Assembly (NCBI GenBank): GCA_029953675.1
Contig: JAMWBK010000002.1
Location: 434,001-498,000, forward strand
DNA from: Rhodosorus marinus CCMP1338
Lineage: Eukaryota; Plantae; Rhodophyta
Length of the DNA stretch: 64,000 nt
Direction: 5' to 3'
In this document: positions 48,375 to 60,194 of the stretch, one piece after another
Position numbering within the stretch: the stretch's first letter is position 1
Layout: each line of letters starts with the position of its first letter
Program-made: the position numbers and the translations under genes
The notes under the pieces: generated by a model
The model's input: only the letters and a program-made list of their open reading frames with translations
Told to the model about the DNA's origin: nothing
Databases searched by the model: none

Positions 48375-49439
48375 GTTTCCTATCTCTCTTTCTCTCTCTC
48401 AAACTCTTCTCTAAGTCACTATTCCCAAACAACCTCTAGAAGACTCGCAACCGGGGTCCAACTCTCAAGCGGAAACCGCCGTAGACCTCAATCCCACCAT
48501 TCGGATCGCCTGTCCTCTCCAAATCCAAAACAAAATTTTGGACGTGGACAGCTCTCCTGTTTTATGCTTTAAAACTTTTGTTATACCTACTAGGACACTC
48601 CGAGCTAGCTCCTCAGAGATCCAGCCTAGTGATCTAAACCTCTCCCGCTGTGACTTCACCAAACAGATCCACACAATACATGTCGATCTCTTTTTCTGGT
48701 GCCCATCAGTATGGCTCTTTGACGGGCTTCCTTGGCGAGCGAAGGTTGAAAAAGCACGCCGACGGGAACGACAAGACTTTCTTCATCTTGCGATCGGGCT
48801 TCAAAGGTCGCATCAGTCTGGCGCCTGGGGTGCAACACAGCCCTTAGGCTCCAGCCAAGTTCAAGGTCCTTTGCGAGTAGGGGGTTAGGTGGGATGTAAA
48901 AGGTGGCTAATCTAAAGTAGACTACCCAAGCAAACTTTTCTGATCGTAATGTCTCCAAAGCAGATCTGCAGCTACTAGAAGCCCAAGCTATAACATCATA
49001 AACATCATGTCAGGAAACCGCCCACCACCCACCACCCCCCCAACCCCTACGAACCATTTCAGTAACTCAAAAAGCCACTTTCTGCGGTTAGTCATTATTA
49101 CAATCATCAATCTATTTTATCCTCAAATCAGCGATGTTTGGGTAGTCATAAATCGTCCATAAACATCTCGTTGAATAGAATATTGAATAAATGTAGAAAA
49201 TTAAGCGATCGGGATCGAAATTCTTCTAAAAACCTGCCTGATTAGTGACGCGCAACAGTCCGATATCAATCAACGTTAGTCACGTAAGCAATCATCTACC
49301 ACCGCGAGATATTGAATCATGATTACTTCTCGGCAGTGACAAGCTGTCACTCTTAGGTATTGAAAATCAGGATTATGGTGCCACGTCCTGAACTAGCTTG
49401 TCCATTGTTGAGACCTGTATTGCTAAACCTCTGAGTTGC

Positions 49440-49880
49440 GATCCTTACAGGATACTGGCTGGCAGTAGCAGCTTCACGGATTTGAGATGGAAAGGCTGTC
49501 ATACACGATCCGTCACGCACGGATACAGAACGTCTGCATGGGGAGATTCGGGATCTCAGGGAGCAGGGCTTGATAACACCAAGACGGGATCCGTAAGCCA
49601 ACTCCGGTGCCATGCGTAAACAAAAAGCAAAGGGGTCGAAGACTGCGCATTGACTATCGGCGGATTCACAAAGTGAGAATGAAGAAACGCACGGCCCGAC
49701 AGCAAATTTCGGAGCTGGTGGACACCCTGAGCACAAATCCATCGTCGTGAAGACTCGCGCCGCACCCAGGGTGTCCTTCAGTTCCGAAAACTGGCAGCAG
49801 CAGCCTGACAAATGCTTCTTCAGAGTGCTTAAAAAGGCATAGCCGTGAACCGAGAGGCAATTGGACTTGCTAAAACATTC
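49440..49880 (-). mobile_element. Degenerate Ty3/Gypsy reverse transcriptase fragment
   Basis: ELKDTLGAARVFTTMDLCSG resembles RT domain 3 (LGGAKVFSTLDLRSG). DPFAFCLRMAP resembles MPFGLxNAP. An HLKSVKLLL-like segment follows in another frame. There is no intact YxDD. Confidence 0.65.
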
Positions 49881-51137
49881 CAGGATCACAACACGGTGTC
49901 CCAAAGAGCAAGATTGAAGTCCAATCATTAGTCGTTGATTGAAAAATATCGGACGGGAATCGGTTGCTATCAGCGATAGACATTATTTGTTTCTAATTCA
50001 GAAGTTCGAATTTCTTTATCGCGCACATATGACAACTCCATATGGATTGATGAGCGTTGACATTGACTGAATCTTGTGCTCCTGCTTGCGAAATGAAACG
50101 TAATCATTTCTGAAATTTGACAGGCTGTCATAACCAAATTTAATTGGGTCTTCAATGATGACCGTGATTTTTAATTGATTTTGGGGGGGTTGGGTTCGGG
50201 AAGGAGGGGGATCGCTTCCTCTGTTTAGTCGTTGAGCAGATGCTCCTGCTCATGGTTGTTGCGTCTGACTAGACGACGATGATGATTCATCATGCTACTC
50301 CGCAGGTCAGAGATGCTTCTATCCAGTATACTCACGTATGGTATACTCACCTAGTTGGTCATATATGAGAATTCGATATCGTGGGCGAACGGAACGCAAG
50401 GTTGCCCCACGGCGTTCGCTTCTTACCACTGCGATTTGTACTAACTGCTAAGAACGCAGGAACAATATCGAGATACAAAAAGCCGGACTTTGCGACGTTC
50501 TCCTCTACACTCCCCAGGACTAGAAGACCAATAGTGGAACACATCTATAGCATCAATGTCCCGAGAAGGCAACTTAGCCTTGGCTCTATTAGTTTAGTTC
50601 TCAACTCGTCTATATAAGTTCCCTAGCCTTCGTCACTCCGGACTCAAAGATTAATGACACTTGCCTTTCCTGAAGTTCCAACCCACAAACCCGAAAGCCT
50701 CCAATCCCACACTACGAAGGCATGAACTCGCGACCTTACCGGAGATCAAGTCGTCGAATCGATACAGCTCGCCCAACCCTTCAAAGCTCGAGAAAGAAGT
50801 GAAGCACTCTTCATCTTATTGTCAGCAAAACAGGAAACGCACTCATAGCCAGAAACATGGCCTCCGAGTTTAGCCTTCAATCCCCCATTGTGGCTATTGA
50901 TTTGAGTCGCCAATTGCTTACGCCCGACACTATTGGTGGCTGAGGATGAGAATGTCAAGATGAAATTTCTGTGGACGACGAGGTTCCAATGCATGCGATA
51001 CTCGTCTGGTAATAAAGCTGTAGAGTTGTTTGTTTAGCAGACCAATTGGAGAGGGGTTTTTGGGGGGCTTCGTGCAGACGGAAGAAGAAGCTAGTGGTTG
51101 ATTTGGTTGTAGTTTTTTCTGGTTGGCCTTCCCCGGG

Positions 51138-51902
51138 ATGTCTGCCTTTGTACTTGCTGGAGGTGTTCGATGGACCAGACCTGGCTTGGTGAGCAGGAGG
51201 TTTCAACTGGCGAGGTGCGCGAGTACTGTGAGGATGTCAGAGGTTTCTGAAACGGTTTTGAGTGAACGGGGGTATAAAGCCGGGGATAGAGTGATTCTCT
51301 TCGATGGTGTGTGTAATATGTGCAACGCTGGGGTGAACATGGTGATGAGTCTTGACAAGAAAGATCAGTTCAAGGTAGGCAAGAACCTTAGTCCGTCTCT
51401 GCGTTTGAACTCCGCCCTCGAACTGTGACTGACTTGGTCTGGACTATGGATTGCGTTTCCTGTCTTCCCAAAGTTTGCCTCACTGCAGGGCGACGTCGGG
51501 CAGGCCTTGGCAAAGAAGTTCAACTGTCCAAATGATATATCAACTATGTAGGTTGCTTGTTTCACTTTTTTCCTTTCACAACTCGGCAGGATGACTCTGC
51601 AAGCGTAAGTTCACATCTTAGATTGCTTAGGATGTGGCTCGACGTTTCGTTCTTTGGACAGGATTTACGTGGACGGTTCCAAGGCATACGAAAGGTCGGA
51701 TGCAGTGCTGAGGATCGGAGAGCGTCTGAAACTGATTGGGATACCCGCATGGCTCCTGCTTCTGACGGTGCCGAAACCGATGCGAGATTGGTTCTATGTT
51801 AACGTGATGGCGAAGTATCGTTATGATCTGTTTGGGAAGCGAAGCTCATGTCGCTTGCCGACTGAAAGCGAAAGAGCGAAGTTCCTGGATATTCCTGCTT
51901 GA
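51138..51902 (+). CDS. DCC1-like thiol-disulfide oxidoreductase (DUF393), probably plastid-targeted; exons 51138-51373, 51474-51547, 51662-51902
   Basis: VILFDGVCNMCN (DxxCxxC), FK|FASLQG, SDAVLRI, RDWFY..MAKYRYDLFGK. The leader MSAFVLAGG resembles a red-algal transit peptide. Confidence 0.92.
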
Positions 51903-52063
51903 AACTAGCTTCCTGTACATTGATAGCAGATTAGCGGCTCCCCTGAAGTGCATGAATTGTTCCTGTGTGTGTGTTTGTGTGGGACCCCATGCAACTACTC
52001 TTGAAAAAAACTATTTGAACGAAATACCTGTATTCTACTGTTAGCACTCATGCCGGATTCTGG

Positions 52064-53165
52064 CTAGCTGAAAAGCTCGTTACAGTTCTCTATCCAGGTA
52101 CCTTCGTCAATATCCATCGTTTCAAGGTTTTCCTGCGGAGCGCCTTGTTCAGCGGGCATTGATGTTGGTTCGGAAACGTCGACCGCCTCCGATGTATCCT
52201 CTTTTATGCTAACATCTCGTGAGGGGAACTTAAACGGCTGAAGTGACTTCTGCAGGGGGTTGCAAACTCGAACTCTCATATTGATGAACCTACCAATAGA
52301 GATCAGAGGGGTTCATTTATACAATTTCGCGACCTCGAAGAGAACGGAAATTGAAGGTGCTTACCAGTTTTCCAGCTGCCTGCTGGAAAGGCCAGTTTGC
52401 TCCATGAGCAGTTCCTGAAGCAGGCGAGAATCGGAGCCTATCAGAGCTTCTGTATGTCACAGACATAATACACGTTCGTGTTCGTACCTTTTCACTTTTG
52501 GACGGGTAAGGGTCTGAGAAGTGTTCGAAGAGCCACAGTCTCAGAGTCAAAGTAGTTTCTTCAGAAAAGCCGCCAGGCTTTTTTCTGTATTCCAGAGACT
52601 TCAGTACTCTCAGGAATGTGACGAATTTTGCTTGCAGTCTTCTCCTCGTTTCAAGACATATTTCGAGAACCATTGCACGCTGTGCCGCTACCTCCGAATC
52701 TGTTAATTCCTGTTCGTACCCCTTCCGATCAATGTCCAACGCCTTCTGGCAGAGAATGTATCGTTGCCGTAGGCGCTTGAGCTTCTCTCGAAGACTGCGC
52801 TCCATTTCTCGCATTTTGCTAGGATCGAGAACACCCCTGTGCGTTCGTACAGCCAGAATTACATCCGAATCATCGCCAGGATAGTCTGAAAACACACCTC
52901 CTTTGGCAGCCCTTTTCGAAACCTCCTCGCTTGAGAACTGTTCATTGTAGCTCGCGAAGAAAAGCGAATCGTTGACTTGATCCTGGAGCCTTAGGAAACT
53001 ATTTTGGATCGGCTGTAGGAAACCTTCTTCAAGGCCCTTTTTCACCTCAGAAGCCTGCTCGCGCTCCTTGACTTCCATTCCCAAAGCCAATTTGCAAGTG
53101 CTACGATCGAACAGTCTTCGAGGCAATGCCAATGCTCCGAACTCAGCCAATGAACTCACTTCCAA
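52064..53165 (-). CDS. TALE-class homeobox transcription factor (non-KNOX, BELL/PBL-like); 3 exons; start codon uncertain
   Basis: Spliced homeodomain RKKPGGFSEETTLTLRLWLFEHFSDPYPSKSEK|ELLMEQTGLSSRQLENW|FINMRVRV contains the TALE PYP. The first in-frame ATG is at 53078, and an out-of-frame ATG lies at 53212. Confidence 0.9.
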
Positions 53166-53724
53166 TGATGTGTAACCGGATCTGCATTCTCCCCCCCCTC
53201 CCCTTCCCCCATCACGCGTGACCCCGAGACAAGATTAGCGAAGCGTATATATAGACTTTCAGGCCAGAGTCTCACGTCAACAAGTTTGTCCGTTCATCTA
53301 ACGGAACCTTTGACGACTAACTCTGAACATCACGAAATCGATTTATGAAAACTTTCCTCAAAGAGAGTCCCCCTTCAATGTACATCGATAGGTGACACCG
53401 ATCGGAGGCTCACTTTGAAAAGTAATCCGTCATGACGTGAAAGCGCTTCCTTCCCGCAAAAACAAACGCGATACAAGTTTTGCTTAGCGGGGTTGCCCGT
53501 CCGTTGCCTTGACAAAGCACTCTCCCTCTCTATTTCTTTATTTTCCGAGGAAAATAGACGTTGCAGGGAGAATATAATATCCCGTCAGCCTCTGACAGTT
53601 TCCTTCCAAATTTTGTGCTCAATAGTATCCTTAGTAGTATCGTCAGTATTTCATCATAAATACAATTACCGAGCCATTCAGCAAAAATAAATTATGAATA
53701 TTTTATTAAGTTCCCATTCAGTAG

Positions 53725-54010
53725 GTCGATGTTCTTTTCTCTACTGGCCAGAGAAATTCTTTTCAAAAAAGCAAAACCATGCACAAGCCGATGTCTCGTA
53801 GCGGCTTGGCCCGTGAAATTCATTCCGAAAAGGTTAAATCCTAGATCGCGCGAAACCTCAGTAGGCGGATGTTCCGTTCGTACTGGCCAGAGAAATTCTT
53901 TCTGAAAGGGCCAACAAGGATCGAACCAAAACAGTAGTCGGCCAATGTTCCGAAGTGTCCGTTGGCCACAGAAATTCTTACTAGAAAGGTTAAATCCAGG
54001 ACCGATGTCA
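53725..54010. repeat. Degenerate tandem array, 4 copies of a ~70-bp unit
   Basis: TGGCC-N3-GAAATTC occurs at 53745, 53807, 53884 and 53963. Each is preceded by a CGATGT(T)-like motif, and alternate copies end AAAGGTTAAATCC. Confidence 0.75.
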
Positions 54011-54254
54011 AAACATGAAGAAAATGAAACCAAGACAGAACTTATCTGATAAAAACAAGAAAACAATTTCGAATGAATGGCAAAAGTAAAAAATTTTGGG
54101 GACAGGAAATATTTTGCGTTTTTCAATATTTGTAGAGGATCCGTTTTTTGGAGGATTCTCCACTGCGGACTTTCAGTTCTTAATGGCGATGGGAAGACTA
54201 GACTCCGTGTGGGAACGAGGTCACCCAGGTGACGGATCTTTAATAACCCTGTGT

Positions 54255-54681
54255 GGAGCGGAGGTTATTATCCAAGCGAACACAGCATACATCAAGCACC
54301 ACCAGGTCGGCCTTGTCGCGACGCCGCGGTGCCGCTGCCATAAATATGCTCCGCCATAAGCAGAACGTATAAGATGGACCTCTTACCCTCGATAGATTAC
54401 TTCAATCGGCCCTTGCAAATTGCTTTGTTCCGCTCATCGTGGTAGTTTTTGGGTTTGTGGATGGTGCTAGAGTCCTCTGGTTCCGTGAGTGTTTTGGTTG
54501 TTCAGCTCGATCGTTGGTCTCGATTCCAGTATCTTCCTGTTTTAGCCCTCGGGCGGCGTGCGTTTCAGCCCCCCTTATTCTTGAGGCTCGTTCCTTCCGT
54601 CGACAGAGTTCTCACTTCTCGGATAATGTCCCGGTGGTGCTTGATGTATGCTGCGTTCGCTTGAATGATAATCTGCGCTCC
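54255..54681. repeat. 49-bp inverted repeat (54255-54303 and 54633-54681), 44/49 identical
   Basis: GGAGCGGAGGTTATTATCCAAGCGAACACAGCATACATCAAGCACCACC compared with the reverse complement of the second arm, GGAGCGCAGATTATCATTCAAGCGAACGCAGCATACATCAAGCACCACC. Confidence 0.92.
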
Positions 54682-55147
54682 ATAAGTGGTTATCCGATAT
54701 CTCGGGTACCTCTGTTCGTTCCTACAGAGAAGACCTCCATGGGTTCTTAAACTACACGTACACTTTGTTGCCATCGGGGTGGTTGATTTTTGAACTATTT
54801 TGGATCGTGATTTGAATTGCGTATTTAGCATTTGGTTGTCTGGTCCACTCCAGAGGTTGACCCTGGACATCTTTCGGAAGCAACATAGTAGAACACACAA
54901 CTATAGACGTCAGTAGTGAAAGTTTCCTTCAGCCTCCCCTTCGTGCGCAGATGACGATGGCCGCGCCCCTGTCCTTCACGGTTTACGTCTTCGGCTGTTG
55001 TGAACCAGAATATGCAGCGCCGTAGCCAGGGAACTTTGTGGAAATGGGAGCAGGTTGCTGTTCATAGATAAGCGTACATCGGTTTATATATGACTGACCG
55101 AGTTTTCGATAAGGGATATTGAGCTCAATTATGAGACTTTGACATCC

Positions 55148-58100
55148 TCAAGAGGGAGCTACCACAGATTCAGAACCTTCCTGACTAGATTTTGTCATAG
55201 CGGAAGGAATTGCAAATTTCTGCGGATCGATGGTGACACTCTTCGTCGTATTGGATGTCTTATATATACCAACGAGGCGGTCGGCTAGTTCAAACATGTT
55301 GTTTCGAAGACTGATGATAATAAACTGTGCATCCTTAGTCCTCTCCTTCACATAGTTGGCAACGATTGAGACGTTCTTGAAGTCCAGCGCTGCGTCAATC
55401 TCGTCCATGAAATAGAGTGGCGTAGGTCTGAAGTGATGAAGTGCAAACACCAGCGCTAAGGAGGAAAGCGTCTTTTCTCCTCCGGACAGGTTAGCAATGT
55501 TCTTCCAGCTCTTCTTCGGAGGTCTTACAGAAAAGACGATGCCCTCGGAGAACGGATCCAAGGAATCAACGTATTCCTGAAACACAAGCAACGAAAGAGG
55601 TAGTTCACGAGTTAGAAATGCACTTACAGCGAATGCAAACAGTTTGAGCGCAACCTACCAGCTCCGCATCGCCGCCCAAGGTAATCATTTGATACATTTC
55701 CTTCAGCTTCATGGCAATGATCTTAAATCCAGCCGCAAACTCTTCATGTCGCTTCCGTTTCATCTCCTCGTGAGCGCTTCGAGCGTTGTCTCTTCGGGAA
55801 GTGATTCCGTCGAGCTCTCCAATCTGGTTGGAGCACTCTAGGTCCTTCTTCTTATAGTCACCGATAGCGCCCAAGTTTGGTTTCATTGACTCCAGCTCTT
55901 TCTCAAGTTCTTCAATCGCCGCCTGGAAACAAGAAACTCAAAATTTTAGCTTCCTTCCATTCCTGATACTTAGGTCTGAACACTGGCAGCTCACCTTTAG
56001 GTCCTCGTAAACGACGGTTTCTAGATCGTCGTCCTCCGAATCGACGTCCATAGCATCTTCCATGTCAACGTCTTCCTCAAATTCTCCTGGATTCGAGCTC
56101 GTATCCACATCTCCCTCAGGAGAGGAGAGCCCATCCGCCTCGCTTCCCACCTTTCTCAAAACAGCTCTCATTTGCTCTATCTTTTTTCTCCAGTGATTGG
56201 CCTTGCCCTCCAACTCCTTTCCTGTCTTTGCCAAATCATCTGTCTTGTGCTTCAAGTCCAGCTCTGCTGATTTGACCTCCGATACCGCTTTCAAAAGCTC
56301 AGTATTCTTTTTTTGTAAGACCTCCAGCGAAGCCGCTGCGACACGTTCAAGAGAAGAGATGAGAAATTGCTTTTCCTGGGCGGTCATCTTCAGTTCATCT
56401 TCTCACCTTTCTCAGCGAGCACGGCTTCGGCCTTCTCCAAGTTTGACTTGACCTGAATCGCCTGCTCCTCAATCGCCCCGAACTCCTCTCGCTTTCGTTT
56501 CAATTCTTCCTGGATCTCGTTCAGCTCAAGTTCATGTTCTTCCGACGACTTTGACGCTTTATCGTGGGCCTTTCTGGCGCTGTCAATCATCAGCGAGAAC
56601 TTGTTAACCATCGAAGAAACCTAGAAGAGCACGGTGCGCATATAGCAAGTTAGTCGATGATATGAAAGCAGGCTCATGTACTTTGTCCATTTTCTGCAAA
56701 GCAACTCAAAAAAACACACCTCCTCGAGATACTTTGCAGCAGTTTCTTTGCTCTCTTTGGCTTTGTCCATTGCAACTCCTCCCACAGCCAACAGTTGTTC
56801 CTCAAGTTCGGAAATTTCTGCTTCGAGTTTCTTGCAGGGTTCCGAAGCTTCCTCGACCAGTCTCTCTTTCGCCTCGGTCTCTTTTGAAAGTTGCTTGTAC
56901 TTTACATGCTCTTTGCTAGACTGGGTCATCTCAGCTGCTTTTTGGATATTCGGCAGTTGATGTTTAAGGTCCTGTATCAGGTTCTTAAGAGTCTTCGTAT
57001 CCATTGCGCACTTTTGCATCTCAACCTCAAGAGACGATATGGACTCATTCGTCTGCTTCAGTTCAACTTGTAGATAAGAGAGTTGGTCCCGCGCTCCGGA
57101 AAGATCCTCCATAGCCTGCTTGAGTTTCGATTCTAGTTCCCTCGACTCATCCTTTGTAACGTGAGCTCGGACTTTCGATCCAAGGTTTGCCTTCGGGAGT
57201 CTTCCCCCGCCTCCTGTCATAGCTCCTGATGACTCAATCAGCTGACCAGACACGGTCACAACGCGGTTCCTTCTCGAAGGTTGGTACGCAAGCTTCGTTG
57301 CATCGTCCATATTCTCTGCAACTAGTGTATCTCTCATTGCGTAGTAGAACGCAACCTTGTTTTTGTCTTCGGCAATTTGAAGCAGGTCGAAGAGTCTCCG
57401 ATTACTAGCTGGAACACTCTTTTCCATATCCTTTTTCAGGTACTGCAGCTTGTTCAAGATGATGAAGGTAGCCCTCCCAAGGTTGTGCTCTCGTAGGAAC
57501 TCTACGCACGCCTGAGCGTCCTCCGGTGTTTCCACGACGATGTTCTGAAGCGAAGATCCCGCTGCTGCCCCCACAGCTGCATCGTACTTGTCATCAATAG
57601 TCGCAAGCTCGGAGAGTCTTCCCACCACACCCAACAAAAGTCCTTGATGAGCAGCCTTCATGAGACCTGCCTCAGCACGGTTGGACTGAACGTTCGACTT
57701 TAATGCCTCTTCAGATCTCTGAATCTGTCTCCGTACGGCCTGAATCTCAGTAGTCAACCTGTAGAACCGGCAAAAATAGAAAAGCATGTGTCAGCCTGGG
57801 TATTCTGAAAGCTTTCCAGCTGATCGACGGGCGAGCCCGACAGAGAGTTGGAGAAGAAATTGTACCTCGCGACATTCTCGTTGCCTTTCGACAGCGAGTG
57901 CTCCAGCTCTGCCTTTCTCTGCTTTGCAGCCTTCAAATCACGTTCATGTGCTGATGCCTGGTTCTGGTTGAGATCTTCGAGTTCTTTTCTCGCCTTCTTG
58001 AGATCTTCCTGGACTTTCTCGAGCTCACGAGCGGGACCAGTAATTGTGTCCTCAAGGATCTTGAGTTGGGACTGCATGATCTCAAGCTCCTTAACCCGTT

Positions 58101-59577
58101 CGTTCTTTGCAGACAGGAACGGGGTTAGCTGTTCCTGTTTCTGCTCAATTTTGAGCCTCAAGGGCGAAGTGGATTGCTTGACTCTATCAAACTCCTTGGC
58201 CAAAGCTTCCTCTGCCTTGTTGAGGTCTCTATGTGCGACTTCCTGTGCCTCCACCTGGATATCTCGATCCTCCGTGTACTTTTCCGCGAGAGCCTTCTGT
58301 TCCTCAATCTTTCGGCGCTCCTTTTCTAGAGAACCGTTCAGCTTCTTGCCTTTGGCTTTCAGATATTTCATGTTCTCGCGGTGCGAAATATCTCGACGTT
58401 CGAAAGCGCTGAATTCCTCCTTGCACTTGTTGACTTCATAGGCAACCTCGTCATGTTCCGCCTGATTTCTCTCCAGGATCTTCTCGTCTGCCGCCAGTTC
58501 GACTTCAATCCTTTCTTTCATGATCTTCTGGTCTTTCAGCTTGTTCGAGTAGTTCTCAGCCTTTCTCTGTACCTCTTGCTGAGAACTTTGAACTTCGTGC
58601 TCTCGAAATCGGTACATAAGAAGCTTCTTTCTTACGAGATCCATTTCCTTCCTCAGGTACTCCTCAGCCTCATCTTTCGCGGACTCCAAGGCGTCTCTTT
58701 CTTTCTCTGCCGCCCTGACGCGCGTTAGCTTCAATGATCTCTCTTCAGTCGCATCTTCAACCTCTTGGGCAGTCCTATCAATGTGCTCAACGTAGTGCCT
58801 CGTGCCTATGATGTCTTCCAGATAATCAACCAATCCATCCTCATGAGGGTTTGGTGCTTTTGGCTTCATCAAGGAGATCTGATTACATTTTTTTTCAGTA
58901 ATTGCTCCACTTGAGTATACAAGATAGTTCTGAGCTTCGACTGCTCTGACTCTTACCTGTTCAACTTCTCCTTGGAGAATCAGAAATCTGTTGTTGTCCA
59001 GGTCTACCCCTTTTACTCCCAGGAGCTGCTGCACATTTGAAAATGACGACATTTCTTGATTGACCATGTACTTGGAGGTGCTGTTCTTGAAGACTGTCCT
59101 AGTGATCTCTATCTGTGACCCCTCAACCACCTCGTAGTCGGCTTCACCATTGTCAAGAATCTCTTGCAAGAAGACGGTAACTGAGGCGCTCTCAGCAGGT
59201 CGCTTGGATTCCGAGTTATGGATGAGCTCAGCAATCTGTAGCTCAGAAGAAAAGCACTTTCAGATATTCCACTGACACTTCGATGTGTGCCGAGCTTCGT
59301 CCTGTTTTCCACTGCTTCACTCGCAGTTTGTTTTGAAAAATTTGTGACTTACTTTGTTCAGGCGCATTTGCTTTGCTCGCTTTCCAAAGACGAACAGCAT
59401 GGCGTCAATAACATTGGACTTTCCACTTCCATTTGGTCCCACAATGGCAGAAAAGTTCTTATGGAAAGGTCCAACATTCACCACGCCTCCGTACGACTTG
59501 AAGTTCTCCAGGCGAAGTGCCTGAATCATCAACCTGGGCCGTCCCCTCCGCAGCTCCTCCACATCGCTGGCAACCAT
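55148..59577 (-). CDS. SMC4: Structural maintenance of chromosomes protein 4 (condensin); multi-exon
   Basis: RLMIQALRLENFKSYGG..GPFHKNFSAIVGPNGSGKSNVIDAMLFVFGKRAKQMR, NNRFLILQGEVEQ, hinge LGRATFIIL..VTVSGQLIESSGAMTGGG, ITLGGDAEL, LSGGEKTLSSLALVFALHH and MDEIDAALDFKNVSI. Confidence 0.98.
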
Positions 59578-60194
59578 AATGACTAAAATGGACCAGAACC
59601 AGTCAACCTAGCAGCAGGACCTCGTCTTCTTGAATCTACTCTCAAAACTAGACCCAACGGAAAGCAGGGACCTCCACCTCTAGCTCCAGCGTCTTGAGCA
59701 TACCCTCCACTACGTCATTTGTCTTCACTGACACACCTCAATCATGAAGAAATGGATCACTATGCAACCGTACTACCTCAATGGAAGCCGATGCGAATCC
59801 AGAAAAGAACATCGAAAACATTATAATTAAATTACACTTCTAACCCAATAGAACCGGATTATCTATAACAGTTTCGAAATTATTCAATCATCAATTGCCA
59901 ACTGTCTCTACTGTTTTAAATATTTGAATTTGGCCAATGACAGATGACTAGCCGGTTGCGGTTGCTGGAGCTGGTCTATCAGAACGTACACATGATCTGG
60001 TTTTGCTCTTCATTGCTAGTTTCATCGAGCTGACAGTTAAATGGGACGATTTGGTTAGGTCTAAAAAAATTGCAACGAAGAGGATAGGCTTCGATGCTTC
60101 ACTCAGTGAATGGCCTTGATCGTATAGGTTTTTTAATTCTTTACACCGTGTGTTCTTATGTTAGTGAGACTAGACCTTTTGGTTTTTGTGCTCC

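Noticed and set aside
48538-48960. Overlapping ORFs upstream of CorA
   Set aside because: There are no motifs, and several frames are equally plausible.
50620-51000. Intron-like segments (GTAAGC..AAG, GTAAGG..CAG) suggesting a small minus-strand gene
   Set aside because: The spliced product is only ~57 aa and unrecognisable, so it cannot be supported without RNA data.
53725-54010. CRISPR-like repeat-spacer array
   Set aside because: The units are degenerate along their whole length, spacers are not unique, the context is eukaryotic, and there are no cas genes.
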